A DNA stretch of 63,785 bases, the filler included, from Octopus bimaculoides (taxonomy: Eukaryota): assembly GCF_001194135.2 (NCBI RefSeq). It is 8 parts of 8 records of this genome, joined end to end, with 100 filler letters (N's around TTAATTAATTAA, not from the genome) between each part and the next. Parts side by side here need not be neighbours in the genome. Positions count along the whole stretch, not along the records: positions 14,896 to 28,105 come from NC_068992.1; 7 more parts are not named here. One strand, 5' to 3'. The notes beneath the pieces were generated by a model that worked only from the letters and a program-made list of their open reading frames with translations, had not been told where the DNA came from and searched no databases. Position numbers and translations under genes: made by a program. This document shows positions 14,796 through 28,086 of this stretch, piece after piece. Every line of letters starts with the position of its first letter. Within the stretch, counting starts at the first letter, position 1.

Positions 14796-14895
14796 NNNNN
14801 NNNNNNNNNNNNNNNNNNNNNNNNNNNNNNNNNNNNNNNTTAATTAATTAANNNNNNNNNNNNNNNNNNNNNNNNNNNNNNNNNNNNNNNNNNNN
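14796..14895. other. Assembly spacer: 44 N + TTAATTAATTAA + 44 N. The 12-mer also occurs at 28150, 35999, 44779, 54230, 57300 and 59386
   Basis: Identical 100-bp construct seen seven times. The 12-mer is a palindrome rich in TAA stop codons on both strands. Not biological sequence. Confidence 0.95.
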
Positions 14896-14939
<44 letters not shown>

Positions 14940-16840
14940 ACGTACACACACATATACATGCACATAAGAAACACACATACATATGATTAAATAAGAGTAT
15001 ATATTTTCATGTGTAAGTGTTTTTCAATAAATCATAAATTTTTTAAGTGTGATATACTGAACAGTACACCTTTTGTCGATCTTGAAAAGCTTATACGTCC
15101 AGTCGCCATTGTAGAATACAATCACCTTATACTCGGCTGTATTTTGCATGCAATATGGGTGCTCAAATTTCGGGAAAAAAAGAACAATAAATATACCTAG
15201 AAGGAAGATATGGTTTGGCAGTTAGTGGAGAGGGGTGTTCGGAAGAATCCTCGTTACGATCCACTAGACGCGCCTGAGTTTTTAAGCAAGTTGATTGTCT
15301 AATCCCCTTATCAATTAATAAGTATTTCTGAAATATAGCAGGAACTACCGAGTCTTATGGCTTTATCTTAATCCCGTCGGTCTTGTGACACACATCCCAC
15401 TAGCATTTTTGGAGTATTTTTGTGTTACAAGTTTTCCAGTATAGTATTACTAAAGACACTGACGACCCAAACTAATTAGCCTAATCAGTTACTACTGCTC
15501 AAACATTGGGCTACCGAAAGATGATAAACCGAAGAGAAAACTAAGTTGAATATTCAGTCAATAGAAACAAAAATCATCCTCACTCACGTTTAGAAATAGT
15601 ATCTACGAACAAACTACACTGGAATTTAAATAATTGATATGTTTTTGAATTATATGATCAAGAAAACAGACATTATTTGCAAACATAATACAAAGACTTA
15701 GCCGCCCTAGGAAGCACCGTTGGTTGACTATTTGTCTTGAAGTAAAATCATTATACGTTTTATTGGTAACGTTGGATGTTCATGGAACAGATATTCCCAG
15801 TGACAAGTTCTTTATCACTATAAACATGCCCAAAGGAAAGAATGAGTTCGTCTCATCCTTGAATATATACACCAAGCATTATTAGTAAAAATACTTCACA
15901 TTCTTCAAGCAGACATAAAATGCAAAACTAAATTCTGCGTGGATTTACATGGCATTACAAATTGATTTAGACGACTCCGCCACTCGAATGGGAAATACGT
16001 ACGTGAGCTGGTCTGGCTTAACCCAGATTAGGGTGGGTGAGATCAGCTAAATGAATCAGTGGTCATTAAATTTCTACTCTCAAATCTCAGTGTAAGAAAC
16101 ACATTCTACAACATTAAAATTTATCGAAAATGTCCTTGACCTGCACATTGGCGTCACTTGTAGTATGTGTAGTTTCTGCTTTGCTTGTGCTGTCGCAAAA
16201 CTTTAAAAGAACAACGGTAACTATACCAAAGATATCCTCTATTTTTTTACGACCAAAATAGCGAGGCAACTTTCAAAATCAAAAACGACCACCTGAGCGG
16301 ACATTAAACGCAATAAACATGAAAAATATGAATATCATAAAATTGTATTTTATAAGAGCTGAGGGGACACAGGTTACTCTTTAAGCTACAGAGTAACGCA
16401 TTGATATCATTATCAAAATATTTTGTACAGGTAAATCATAAAAAGTGAAATGGCTTGACGAAAAGCCCTCATACTTCTATTCTGTTGAATATAAGTGACC
16501 AACGGAATACTCGAATCAGTTCAGAATAATAACATTGAAAGCATGAAGAATAGCTTGCACACATGTATATACCTATTAGAATTTGCTTTGATTCTCAGCA
16601 ATTCTCGTGTATGTTAGATATCCTGAGGATATGCATCACAACAAAGATTTCTCGCATTCTTTACCTAATCGAATTTTCAGAATTAATGTCCTGACTGTTT
16701 TTCTGATTCAAATTCCTACAGAGCAACTAGGCAGATAAATTGAGCACTGTTCCAATTTCTCGAAAAACTGAAAGTAAACGATGTAGGTGATAATGGAGCC
16801 ATTATTTACTAAAATGAAAAAATGCAAATAGTAAGCCAAC

Positions 16841-16917
16841 CTCAGCGGTGAAAAATGATCTGTCAAGTAGCTATCTACAGAGCTCCTCTCAGATAACAAT
16901 GTTTCTTTCCCTTCTGT
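16841..16917 (-). CDS. Candidate exon (TEGKETLLSERSSVDSYLTDHFSPL)
   Basis: Acceptor caattctttctcaaatag and a weak donor AG|GTTGGC. Open frame. Confidence 0.25.
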
Positions 16918-17162
16918 CTATTTGAGAAAGAATTGATAACACTAAACTTTACAATATACAGATCACAAAACTGTATATGTAGAAAACAAACAAGAGTGAC
17001 TTCAATAACTATAGAGAATACTTTTAACTGGCTAATACAAGAAAAGTATTCGTATCCTCTAGATCTCGGAGAATAAATACCTTAATAATATCAATGTTAG
17101 TCATGACGGGACAAGCTACCACTGACATTATACTCTGATTTTATAAGGTTCAGATAAAATAC

Positions 17163-17304
17163 CGTAAATAGGAGCAGGTGCGTAATAATGTCTTCGTACA
17201 TCTACATAATCTAAATTATATGATAACGTCAGCAGCTTATATGTATTGTTGATACTGAGTGCAGTTTGAAGCCCCTTAATATTGTTTATGCTAGTGGCCA
17301 CCTT
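17163..17304 (-). CDS. Candidate exon (KVATSINNIKGLQTALSINNTYKLLTLSYNLDYVDVRRHYYAPAPIY)
   Basis: Acceptor cgtaaccttttag and donor G|GTATTT. 47 open codons, which could be chance. Confidence 0.2.
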
Positions 17305-19760
17305 CTAAAAGGTTACGAAGACCTCTGTAGAATTTTAGGGTTCCGTTTCAATTTGTTTTCATATAAAATTTAATGTCAGGGAGGGTTTGAAATATTTTGC
17401 TGTCTCAGTTTTGTGTACATTCAGAGAAACGCCAAATGTAGCTTTTCTCCTATACAAAACTAATGTATACATAGCACAACCGATATGAAACACCAACGTA
17501 GTAAAATGTAAGATTCTTCATCTATTGTTTGAATGCATCACCTGTTGCTCAGATTGAGCCAATGCTATAAGAAGTGATCTCCAAGCAGTTTTAGCATGCA
17601 AAGATTTTCAATAAGTAGGAAGTACAAAGACATTACTATGAATACATATGCATTAGTTACATATTCCTACAAAATACCTCTTATGATATTTTTGTTGATT
17701 CAGCCGAAGAAGGGATTAGTAGGACAGGTAAAACGGCCACAATTATATGAACATATTTTTAAAAGCATGGAAATATAAAAAACCTGTGCAAAGACTAATG
17801 TATAAAAAATCGGAGACATGATTACTGATAACACTCATATATAATGCAGAACCATGAACTAAGTACTAAAGCTTCAAGAAAGATTACATTCATTTACTCT
17901 GCTTAAGCAAGGTCTTAAATACCACTTGCAGTTAACGCAACCGATAAATTTGATGTCATTTCTGTATAAACAAAACTGATGATAGCTGAACCTTGTAAAA
18001 TATATGATCCTACCGCATCTGATTTTCGCAGTTGCTTTTGTTTCAAATTTCTCAAGGTGTTAGTAAAAGAGGAAGACTCAAATCACTTATCAAGTATTCG
18101 TCTCTAAAATTGGAATACGCCCTAGAATAGCTTTGAGGAAAAGGGTCAACAGAAGTCGGATCATTTTACATGAGAGAAATGTGGCTCTCGCTTGAATACA
18201 TCACGGACGCAAAGAGACACCACAAAAAATAATGATGTGAAGTTGTTCTAAGGAACAGCATAAACATTGATGTAGAAACTTGTACTCAACCCGCTTGCGG
18301 TAGAATAAAACTTCAGTCTTTATGCTTGTATATAAATACGTGTATTTGTGCGAGATAGTAGAGACATAGAAATATATGCATTACCCAAACAGATAGACAT
18401 GCCCCACGCACTGCCTAAGATATATGTTGACCAATCAATAATTTTTAAAATGGCTTTCGAGAAACATTCACTCATCCCACATTCATTTCTGTTAATTGAG
18501 TTTTCGTGTCTGATATTGAAATGTGAATTAGTTGATAGCATTTCACAACTACATGTAGAATACAGAATGAACTCTTCAAAATCTTGCCTCAAATAATATA
18601 ATTCTGATTTTACATTAATTTTTTTATATATCTCTACTTGAGATATATAATTAATATTAAACATACTAATTATTATCATTTTTCGAAAGTAATATATAAT
18701 ATACTAAGATTTAATTTCCTCCAGTTCTTTCTATGTTGTTAATATAAATCAATATATTTCTTCTTAGCCGATTAATATAAACATAAGAAAGCTGTTTCTT
18801 AATTGATTTAACATTTACTATAAATATTAAATTTCTTTGTTTTTAAGTTTGTCATAATCTGTCGATTAAGATGAAAACATACATGGTATAGTATATACAC
18901 TGAGCATATCTTAAAACGAAATATTCTCTGACCTCAAGGTTAATAAATAGATTATTTCAAATATTGCATTCTTAATAAATAAATTCAATAATACCTTTAT
19001 GATATATATTCCAATCAATAATTACTATTTTGCTCAACATATAGTCAACTTAAAAGTCTTGCTTCCATTTTACATTTTCTTGTTTCATTCTGAAATGGAA
19101 AATGTCGAAAATAACTAATAAATTCCTTGGTTGCTGGGAATAACATAGTTTTTGTTTATATCTAAATAATTTTTATTTAGACAGAATATCTCTTTTCTTA
19201 TCATTTCTGATTCTTACTACGGAATATATAAATAACTTATAGCTACATAACAGTAATTAATGATTCATTAAAGATATGAGTTTACAGAGAACATATAGCT
19301 GTTATAATGAAAATATTCGTTATATAGTTATGCAAAGCTTCTCTCGATATTTTCTTGATAAATTTGATAAACTTTACTAAAATGTTAATACTGACCATCC
19401 ATTATGCTAAATGCCACGAAAGTTGATAAACGAAAGCTGATGTAATGAATATTTATTCGATATTTATTATACTAATACGCTTACATCTCTTCTTAATTTG
19501 ATACAAACAGTAGTTTTCTGTTTTCGTTTATCAGATTAATGACGAGTATATCCATTTCATATATCAATCACAAAAATATACATTCTTGCTATATACGCTT
19601 TTTATTATTTATTTCCTCAATATATTCAGTTTCATTTAAATTTATTGCGCATATTCTTCATTCAACTACCATTAGAATGAATCAAATATTAATCTCTGGA
19701 TGTTTAAGAATTATCATCTACAAAATCTAGATTATCGTTAAAACATATTAAACTTGAAGA

Positions 19761-19808
<48 letters not shown>

Positions 19809-19919
19809 GTTCTTTCTCTCTCCCCCTTCTCTCTCTGTACCTTTACACACGTTCATATGTATAAATATATATGTAAATAACAAGTCATATACATATGCGA
19901 ATATAAGCACACACACACC

Positions 19920-19995
<76 letters not shown>

Positions 19996-20208
19996 TCTGT
20001 GTGTGTGTGTATGCATGAATCTATATATATATACATATATATATTAAATTCAAATTATGATGAACGTAAACAAACAAACGAAGTTTGCTTTTAGAAGCGT
20101 TGAAATCTCTTAGAAAGTTAAAGTGATTTTAAATTCTCAAACGCAGGATAATGCTAATAATATAGCCTTAACAGGATAAGCTACTCCTATTTTTGCAGAA
20201 AAACTTGT

Positions 20209-20288
20209 TGGCGGCCAGCTATGAGACTCGAACTCACACTTGCGTGATTACGCGTCTCGGTGCTCTAGACCAATTAAGCTAATCTGCC
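20209..20288 (-). tRNA. Degenerate tRNA-like gene or tRNA pseudogene (anticodon position reads CGT, Thr-like; identity uncertain)
   Basis: Minus strand GGCAGATTAGCTTAATTGGTCTAGAGCACCGAGACGCGTAATCACGCAAGTGTGAGTTCGAGTCTCATAGCTGGCCG-CCA. A-box TAGCTTAATTGG, B-box GTTCGAGTC, D stem GCTT/GAGC, T stem GTGAG/CTCAT, downstream TTTTT. Acceptor and anticodon arms are imperfect. Confidence 0.6.
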
Positions 20289-20984
20289 CACACCCACATT
20301 CTTCTGCAAATTTTAAGTTGTATAGAAATCTCGCTGCGCAAGTGCGGCTGTGTGATAGGAAGCTTGCTTCCTAACAACAGGCGCTTGGGCAGATGTCTTC
20401 TACTATTCTACAACAGCGTTGGATTAACCAAAGCCTTGTGTGTGTGTATGCATGTGAATATGCATATCCATGTGTGCGTCTCTCTATGTCTGTGTTTGTC
20501 CCCACCACCACTTGACAACTGGTGTCGGGGTGTTTATATCCCCGTAACCTAGCGGCTCGACAAAAAAACCGATAGAATAAATACTTGGATTAAAGTAAAA
20601 TAGGTCCTGGGTTTGATTTGTTCGACATACAAGGCGGTGCCACAGCATGGGGACAGTCAAATGACTGAAATAACTAAAAAATAAAAGATGCATATATATA
20701 TTAAGGGGTGTGCCCCAGCATGACCGCAGCTTTAAAGAATTTTTAAAAGATTTGATATATGTATATATATGTGTGTGTGTGTGAGAGAGAGAGAGAGTGT
20801 GTGTCTGTTTGTGTGTGTGTGTGTGTGTGTGTGCATATACATACTATGCACCTAGTACTAGTGTGAGATTTGGTGTTAATCTTCTCTCACACCCATGTCA
20901 TGTTCTTTCCGTCATTTTAGGAATGTGGATTTACTAGGAGAAGAGAATTATCACTCCACTTACTCCTGCACCTTTTAGTCACCT

Positions 20985-21310
20985 TTAACGACAGGCAGGG
21001 ATGAGTATGAAAGCGAAAAGAGGTGTGTATGTGGTTGTGCTTGTGCCGACAATGTTATATAGTGCAGAGACGTGGGGTATGAGAGGCATGGAAAGGAGTC
21101 GACTGACTGTATTGGAGATGAGATGTCTGAGGGCTATGGTCAGTGTGACATGTATGAACAGTATGGGGAATGAGGAAGTGCGTAGATGAGCAGTAATCAG
21201 AGAAAAACTAACAACCAAATTGGATAGACGAATGTTGAAGTGGTTTGGCAACATGGAGAGAATGGAGGAGGAGTGGATGGTAAGGAGGGTGATGAAATGG
21301 TAGGCAGCAG
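20985..21310 (+). mobile_element. RTE-clade LINE 3' ORF2 remnant
   Basis: VLVPTMLYSAETWGM...LTVLEMRCLRAMVSVT...NEEVRR*...MLKWFGNMERM, the characteristic LYxxETW / EMRCLR / LKWFGH motifs. Confidence 0.85.
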
Positions 21311-21570
21311 AACCAGAAACAGACCTCGTTTTGTGTCGACGGTTGAAGGAATTTTGTTGTCGCTCAAAGGAGTACGGAACCAGAATGATCAAGCGGGAGT
21401 AAACCAGCATATGCCGTCGATCCCCGCTGCTGATACTGGGGGTTGCGTTCTATGCCTTGACCCGAGCATAGAACGGAGTTCCACCCTTTTAGCTGGGGAA
21501 TGAATGGCATGCCTGGTGTGTGTCTTGTTGTGGGTATCCCCTCCTAAAATGAAAATGGGGAGTAGGCCTG

Positions 21571-21631
<61 letters not shown>

Positions 21632-21869
21632 GTGTGTGTATTATGTAAGTGTGTTGGAATGACGGAAGCCATGTTTTTTTTCTCCAAAAAATAACAAACA
21701 TTGTGTTTAAACTTTTCTATTAATAAATAGAGGTCCAAATATCAGAAGAATTCGTACGGCACTGACTTCTATCAAAATATATGTCAACGAAGATAAAATA
21801 TACTATTTCTTAGATATTTCGGTTACAAACAAACATCTAATGTCTTAGTATTATTGAGATATATATATA

Positions 21870-22620
21870 CTAGCCTAAGCATCGTGCGTTGATCAAAGTG
21901 TAGAGAATATTAAAGGAAATAAATATACTTATTCTGATGAAAAATATATTTTCAGAAGAATTCTATCAGATTGTGTGAGTATAAACAAGGTTACTAAAAC
22001 AAATCTTGAAATCAATCACATTTTAATTTTGTAGAACTTCTAAATATACAATGTTTTCAGTGTGTCATTTTATTGGGGTACAAATAATAAGTGTTTGGTG
22101 ACTTCCAACTCACGAATATCCGACATATAATTGCCCACGAGAGAAGCAAGGTTAAGTCAAACAGCCTTGAGAAATTTTCCTTGAGATTTGTTTATCAACA
22201 TAGCAAAACTTAGTTTCTAGAGCCGTTTAAATTCAAACGGGAGGTAATATAGGATTAACAGGATCCGTGGAATGAAACATAATCGCTCTGATATTTCCCA
22301 GTGATAATTGCTGCCTCTTGGACATGAGATCGCATCAATTTCACCACCAGTCTGGTGCCATTGCACAGTCGAAGTGGATCCATATTCTTTAGCAGCATGA
22401 TTGAGATCCCCTTTTTAAGTGTTGATTTGTGAGGTGGCATCCGAGATGGGTGTATAGAGTTCAGGAACTCAGTTGATAGTGTCGATTTGAAAGACTGTTC
22501 TTATCTTGGCAACAGTTACAAGCGATCCTAATTGATTTTCTCGATAGCACCATTACATGGAACTGAGATGACTCATTCATATAGCCATTGCCTCTTGCTA
22601 AATTTTGTGCAATGTTTGGA
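21870..22620 (-). mobile_element. Helitron remnant (PIF1-type helicase fragment and probable 3' end)
   Basis: TEFLNSIHPSRMPPHKSTLKKGISIMLLKNMDPLRLCNGTRLVV at 22255-22500. Minus-strand CTAG followed by T at 21873-21869 fits a Helitron 3' terminus. Confidence 0.85.
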
Positions 22621-22762
22621 AACGTGAATTTTGACAGTTGGTATCATCTCTCCACAGTGTAGCTTATATAATATGTTTCAATCAATAAATACTCACATCG
22701 GATTTAAATGTTAAATATCAAATGTTACTAAGGCAAGTTGTTCCCAAGATATCCAAACTATG

Positions 22763-22896
22763 TATTAGAAGTTCCTCAAGATATAACATGTTCTAATCCC
22801 TCTCTAAGTAGAAATAGTCACATCGAATTTATTAGAAGTTTTTCAAGATATAACATGTTCTAATCACTATCCAAGTAGAAATAGTCACATCGAATT
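22763..22896. repeat. 67-bp tandem duplication
   Basis: tattagaagtt..tcaagatataacatgttctaatc...agtagaaatagtcacatcgaatt at 22763 and 22830. Confidence 0.9.
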
Positions 22897-24649
22897 TAAA
22901 TATGAAATATCTAGTATACTCTAGGTAATACTATTAGGTCTATTCTACGAACAATTGTTTGAATAACTCATGTCGACATCTCTAACTTATGTCACGAAAA
23001 CTATTGAAGTTTAAAATTTATAAAATTTATCGTATAAATTGAAATATATCCTGCAGTGTATATTGCGTAAAGGACCGAATGAATGACTTATATCAATGTA
23101 ATACGAGTTTTTAACCGGGTGTGCGTCAGTATGAAGAACTTTCGTTACTTAGAAACCCTATTGTTTCTTGTTCTTCCGAAAATAACATGAGTTGTGTGTA
23201 ACATCGAATTTTAGGTTTACATTATAGTCATTCCAATTCTTCACGGAAGTCTCCTGCAACCGCAAGGGTTACAGGAGCTTAGCGTCAGCCCTGCTGTAAA
23301 TAAATTTATGGTTTAGGGTTACAGATAGGGTATGTATATTGCGAGTATGGTGTAATTATAAATACTACCAATTTTTTCTTCAGTCACAATTATGTTTATC
23401 AGCAACCAGCCTGTGTGTGAAAATGTTGATGTGAACGCGCGCGCGACAAGACCGTAAACAGAAATTTTGTTTCAGAAAAGTACTTCTTATATACCTTGCT
23501 GTCAATGCATTAGTTTGACAAAATACTTCAAAATACTACAAGTTTAGTCACTGACTCAGCACCTATGTTTGTGTTCTTCATTCCAAAATAAAGACTTTAC
23601 AATGCTTCTAAAATGGGACTTCGTCCATGTGTATCTATCCGCGTGCGCATATGTGCAGATATCCGTGTGTGAGTGTTTGGGGAAGGTTAGTGCGTAAGTA
23701 AAAGATTTACGGAAATGTACTCATGAAAATTCTGTTCAAATAAGTTATCTTTATATGCCATGTTTGCAATTCTCCATGTTTATCAAANNNNNNNNNNCTA
23801 AACGCTTTGTTTCATTATCAGAATTAAAAGGCGTTTACATTTATTTAAAAAAAGAGACGGGATCGAAGACATATGAAAGCGAATTATTCAATATGGTGTT
23901 TGCAATATGTGTGTGTATATATATATACATATATACATTCTGCAATTTCATTTGAGATTATCCCTCGTTTTGATATAGTGGTTATTTTCTCTGGCTCTAC
24001 CGATTTCATCAGATTGTTAACTTTCAATGCTTGTGGCTAATTGAGACGCTTTTGACTCCTATTTCGAGTGAAACTGGTGATATCTGGTACCCTTGCTTAT
24101 ATATTTGCCTTTGGGATTTTAGCTAACTAGCCACATATATTATTATTATTTATCTATATTAGAATAGGAAATCCATCCATCTGACCATCCGACCAACCGT
24201 CCAAAACTATACAAAGGACTGAAATGCAAGATTTGGGTGGAGAAGGTGCAACGATTCGAATCGACTAAAATTCATGAGCTGTAATCAAAAATATTTTGGT
24301 GGGTTTTATATAAAGTCCGTCGGATTTCGGGTACCTGTTTTGCGTATTTTCACGACTCAACATCTCCTAAGTATTTCGATTCGCTTAGTGGTGTTTAACA
24401 GCCATTCATATAAGAATAGCCACTATCGTAAAATAGCCAGTGTTCGATTCCTTGGCGTGATCGAATTTTCAGTTTTTTTCATAGTCTACCTTTATCAGAC
24501 GGGTATTCATGACGAGTATATTGGGCTTCGTATATTCGTACCCCACTGTCACCTTGATGGCATACCTTGCTCTATCACTCAATAATGATAAATAATAATA
24601 ATAATAATAATAATAACAACAACAACAACAACAACAACACCAACAACAA

Positions 24650-25230
24650 CGAATGCCTGGTTGAAGATCACGAGTTGCGTAAAAATCTCCATTCTGTCAC
24701 ATATGTGAGTAAAGATTGCCACTGATTTCATGTGTGATGCCCAGGCTAAGCAACCTGCGGGAAATGTGACAAGTGTCTTGCCGAGGAGGTGAAATTAATG
24801 GCAAGGAAAAAAGTGCATAAGCTATCGGCTGATAGATGGGAGCTGCTTATGATCAAAGCTTTTCGAGCTGGATCTACTAATCTAATGTGATGAAAAAGAG
24901 TAGCTCTATAGTGCCAATTCTGCAATGAGGATATTGAAACAGTGGACCACCTATGTGTAATATAAAGTTTAGCATCAGTGGAATATAAATCAAGATATAA
25001 CGGAGCTGGCCAATACCAACAATGGTATTATTAAATCAAAACTGTCGACAAGTAACATAAACATCATCCTGAAGTTGTTCCTGAGGAAGAAAATGTTACG
25101 ATTCTTTAGGACTCTCCAGTACATAGATTGAACCATCAAAGCTAATAAACCGCATATTGTTCTGAAAGACCAAAGCAATAACGTTTGTTTATGGATCGAG
25201 ATGAGTATTCTTTGTGACCATAGTATCTTT
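24650..25230 (+). mobile_element. Restriction-like-endonuclease LINE (R4/Dong-like) remnant
   Basis: CCHC remnant FCNEDIETVDHL and RLE remnant KANKPHIVLKDQSNNVCLWIEMSI. Begins immediately after (AAT)n(AAC)n. Confidence 0.7.
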
Positions 25231-28042
25231 GCAAAAATGTGAGTTGCACTTGTAATTCAAAGGAACAGCTGAATCTCTCTGAGAACTACATTAGAGATAC
25301 ACGTTTCTACGATTTACGCAGCCACTTGCACGTTAATTTTGCGAGCATGTTGTTCTGTTATTCGCGTCAACTGGATCACTCGTCGTCGTAACGAGCAGAA
25401 TGACAATTAATTAATATTGAAAATAATAACATGTATAATCATTTTGAAGTGCCTGAGGGACAAAGTGATTTTTATAAAACCAGTACGAATATTGTACTGT
25501 AAGTTTCGATTGAGTGACTAATTCACATAAGAATCCTATTGATTATGATTATTAACTGAATAATGGCATGAATTATGTAATATTCAACATTGCCATCTTG
25601 ACTGTAACTACGTTATGGAATACCTACTAGGAAATAAAGCCCTGATCAAAAACATTGTATGTAGTTCAAGTACCAGACCTATTCTACATGCTTTCACTTA
25701 CGAGGTGTCCAGATTTTCCATTTTGAAAACAATATTTTATAATCATTTTGAAACGTCTAGAAAGAGAAATAAAGCGACAAAAGTATAGCTCTCCCCGAAG
25801 GTCTGGTATATTGAGGAGAAAAATCTCGATTTTCGTCTAATGTGGAAAGCATCGCTTGATACGCTAACCCATTTGTAATCTACAGATATAGTAGCAAACT
25901 CTGCTCTTTGGAATTGTAAGAAATCTTCAGATACGCGGGTGAAGTTATCAATAGTTTGGATCTATCAAGAACCAATATGCCTGCATTCTTTCCTTAGAAC
26001 TTTCTTATATTCTAAACCGACTAAAAATTGTTTAAGTATTCCCGGAGTGCTAGCTATGCACATACGATATATATCTTATTGCAAGTAATAAAATTCGTGG
26101 GCTATACTTAGATACCAAATAATCTCTTAATATTTTTACAATTAAGAGATAAAGTTATTTTTATTATAAGCCATTGAGCTAGCATAATCGTATCACGCCG
26201 GACAAAATGCTTATTGGCTTTTCGTCCGTCTTTACATTCTGAAGTCAGCTTCCGTCGAAGTTGACGTTACACGTCATTCCTTTTGGGGTTGATAAAATAA
26301 GTGCCACTTGAAAACTGGGGTTTATCTAAAAGTCTTCGTTTCACGTCCGAGATGTCTGCCTGTGTGCCAACATTTCAAATCAATATTATTACTAATATAT
26401 TTGTAGTAGATCATATTTACGCTACTTTTGGAGACCCTTAGTCCTACTAACATCTGTTTTTGATATGACCAGTACTTTATATTATTTAATTTAACAAGTT
26501 TTTAACTTGCGTCTACCTTCACATGATTTCTTCATAATATTTGTATCCACCCCTTTAGTTAGGGACTTCAAAATTCTATGCTGCATGTTTATCCTTCATA
26601 ACTCTTTATAATTCTTATAAGCATTTTTAACACTTGCCTTGTACCCCTAATAGTTGTGAATTACTGTAGCTGTGTTTTAGCTTTCTACTTAACTTTTATC
26701 AATTTAATTGACTTACTTTATTCTAAATAGCACTTTGACGACACTGGTTTGTTGAAGAGTTAGTTTTATAGGTTTTTTTTCGGTTTTTATCGGGAATATT
26801 TCTTTTGCCTCTTTTCTCTTCTGGCCTCTCAACTCGTAACTTCTTTGCAGCTAAATAACTGATATTTATAAATTTCCATATTTAATTATCAAAAGTTTTT
26901 TAGATTCATAATTTTTTTAGCCTTAAAGTGAAAGTAATTATTGCCTACGTATATACTACTTTCATTACTCTGGCACACATAAATAATTTGTTTATGCGAA
27001 TACCATTTTCTTGTCCATCTATTGATCACTCTCTCTCTGTGATTTATATTATTCTCTTTCTGTTATTTTTGTTCCTTCCTAGTCTTGTTTCTCCTCGCAC
27101 TGCTTTGAATTTTTTAACGCGACTACGCTAATCTGCAATTTTCCTTACGTGGTTCTCCCAGGATTATAATTAGTTGGATTTGCCGTAATTAAACCTAATA
27201 CTCTGTTAGTCCTGGAATAAATAACTGGAATATTTTTCATGAAAACTTATGAAGTGAATAAATAAGTAACGCTGGAATTTATTAACTATGCATCTGCTTG
27301 ATATTATTAAATTTAAAACAATTTAACTCTGTTAATAGTGTAGTTTAGAGCAGCATCTGCAGCTGCTCTTTGAACGTGTCTCAGTCGTGTCAAATGTCGT
27401 GCTCGGTGCCCCCTATTTGCCAGTATGAAAGCATTTTCTGTCACTACCAACATTAATGAACGAGATTACTAAGTTTCATGACATATGAGATTAGAAATAC
27501 TTTTAAACTTTTAGTCTCACTCCACTATCCAGCCTCAAATTTGACGTTTTACATTTCTTTAACATTGGTAAATTTGAGGAAAAAAATTCACTTCTTGATT
27601 ATTCGTTTGTGAAATAAAATGTCGACGCTGGCTTGCTTATTTGTTTAGCCTAAAGAGTTGAGAGTTACATAACATGTTACGTAATTGTACGGATGTCGTA
27701 CATATTGCATACCTGACTGTACTATGTTCACATTAAAAACAATGAATGATACAATTGTAGTCATACCAGATAGTCTATTCATCAGGTTTTATAAATTTTT
27801 TGCTACCCTGGGAACGTTTGGAGATGTGTACTACATAACAGTAGTGACTCTTCCTTCATCCCTGCCTTCTGTACTATAATTATGACGTACCAAGCTGTTT
27901 GATTTCCTTTTATTCTTCTATGTAGACATGTGTTTAACATATTCAACTCTGCTATGCTTCGATGCTTTATTCATTCTCTGTAATAATGGTAATAATGATA
28001 ATAATAATAATAATAATAATAATAGTAATAATAATAATAATG

Positions 28043-28086
<44 letters not shown>

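Noticed and set aside
14840-14851. TTAATTAATTAA palindrome recurring seven times between spacers, superficially array-like
   Set aside because: Always 44 N + 12-mer + 44 N = 100 bp, so it is an artificial scaffold spacer. True distances and adjacency across these joins are unknown.
27347-27369. Small hairpin agagcagc-atctgca-gctgctct
   Set aside because: An 8-bp stem is expected by chance in 64 kb.
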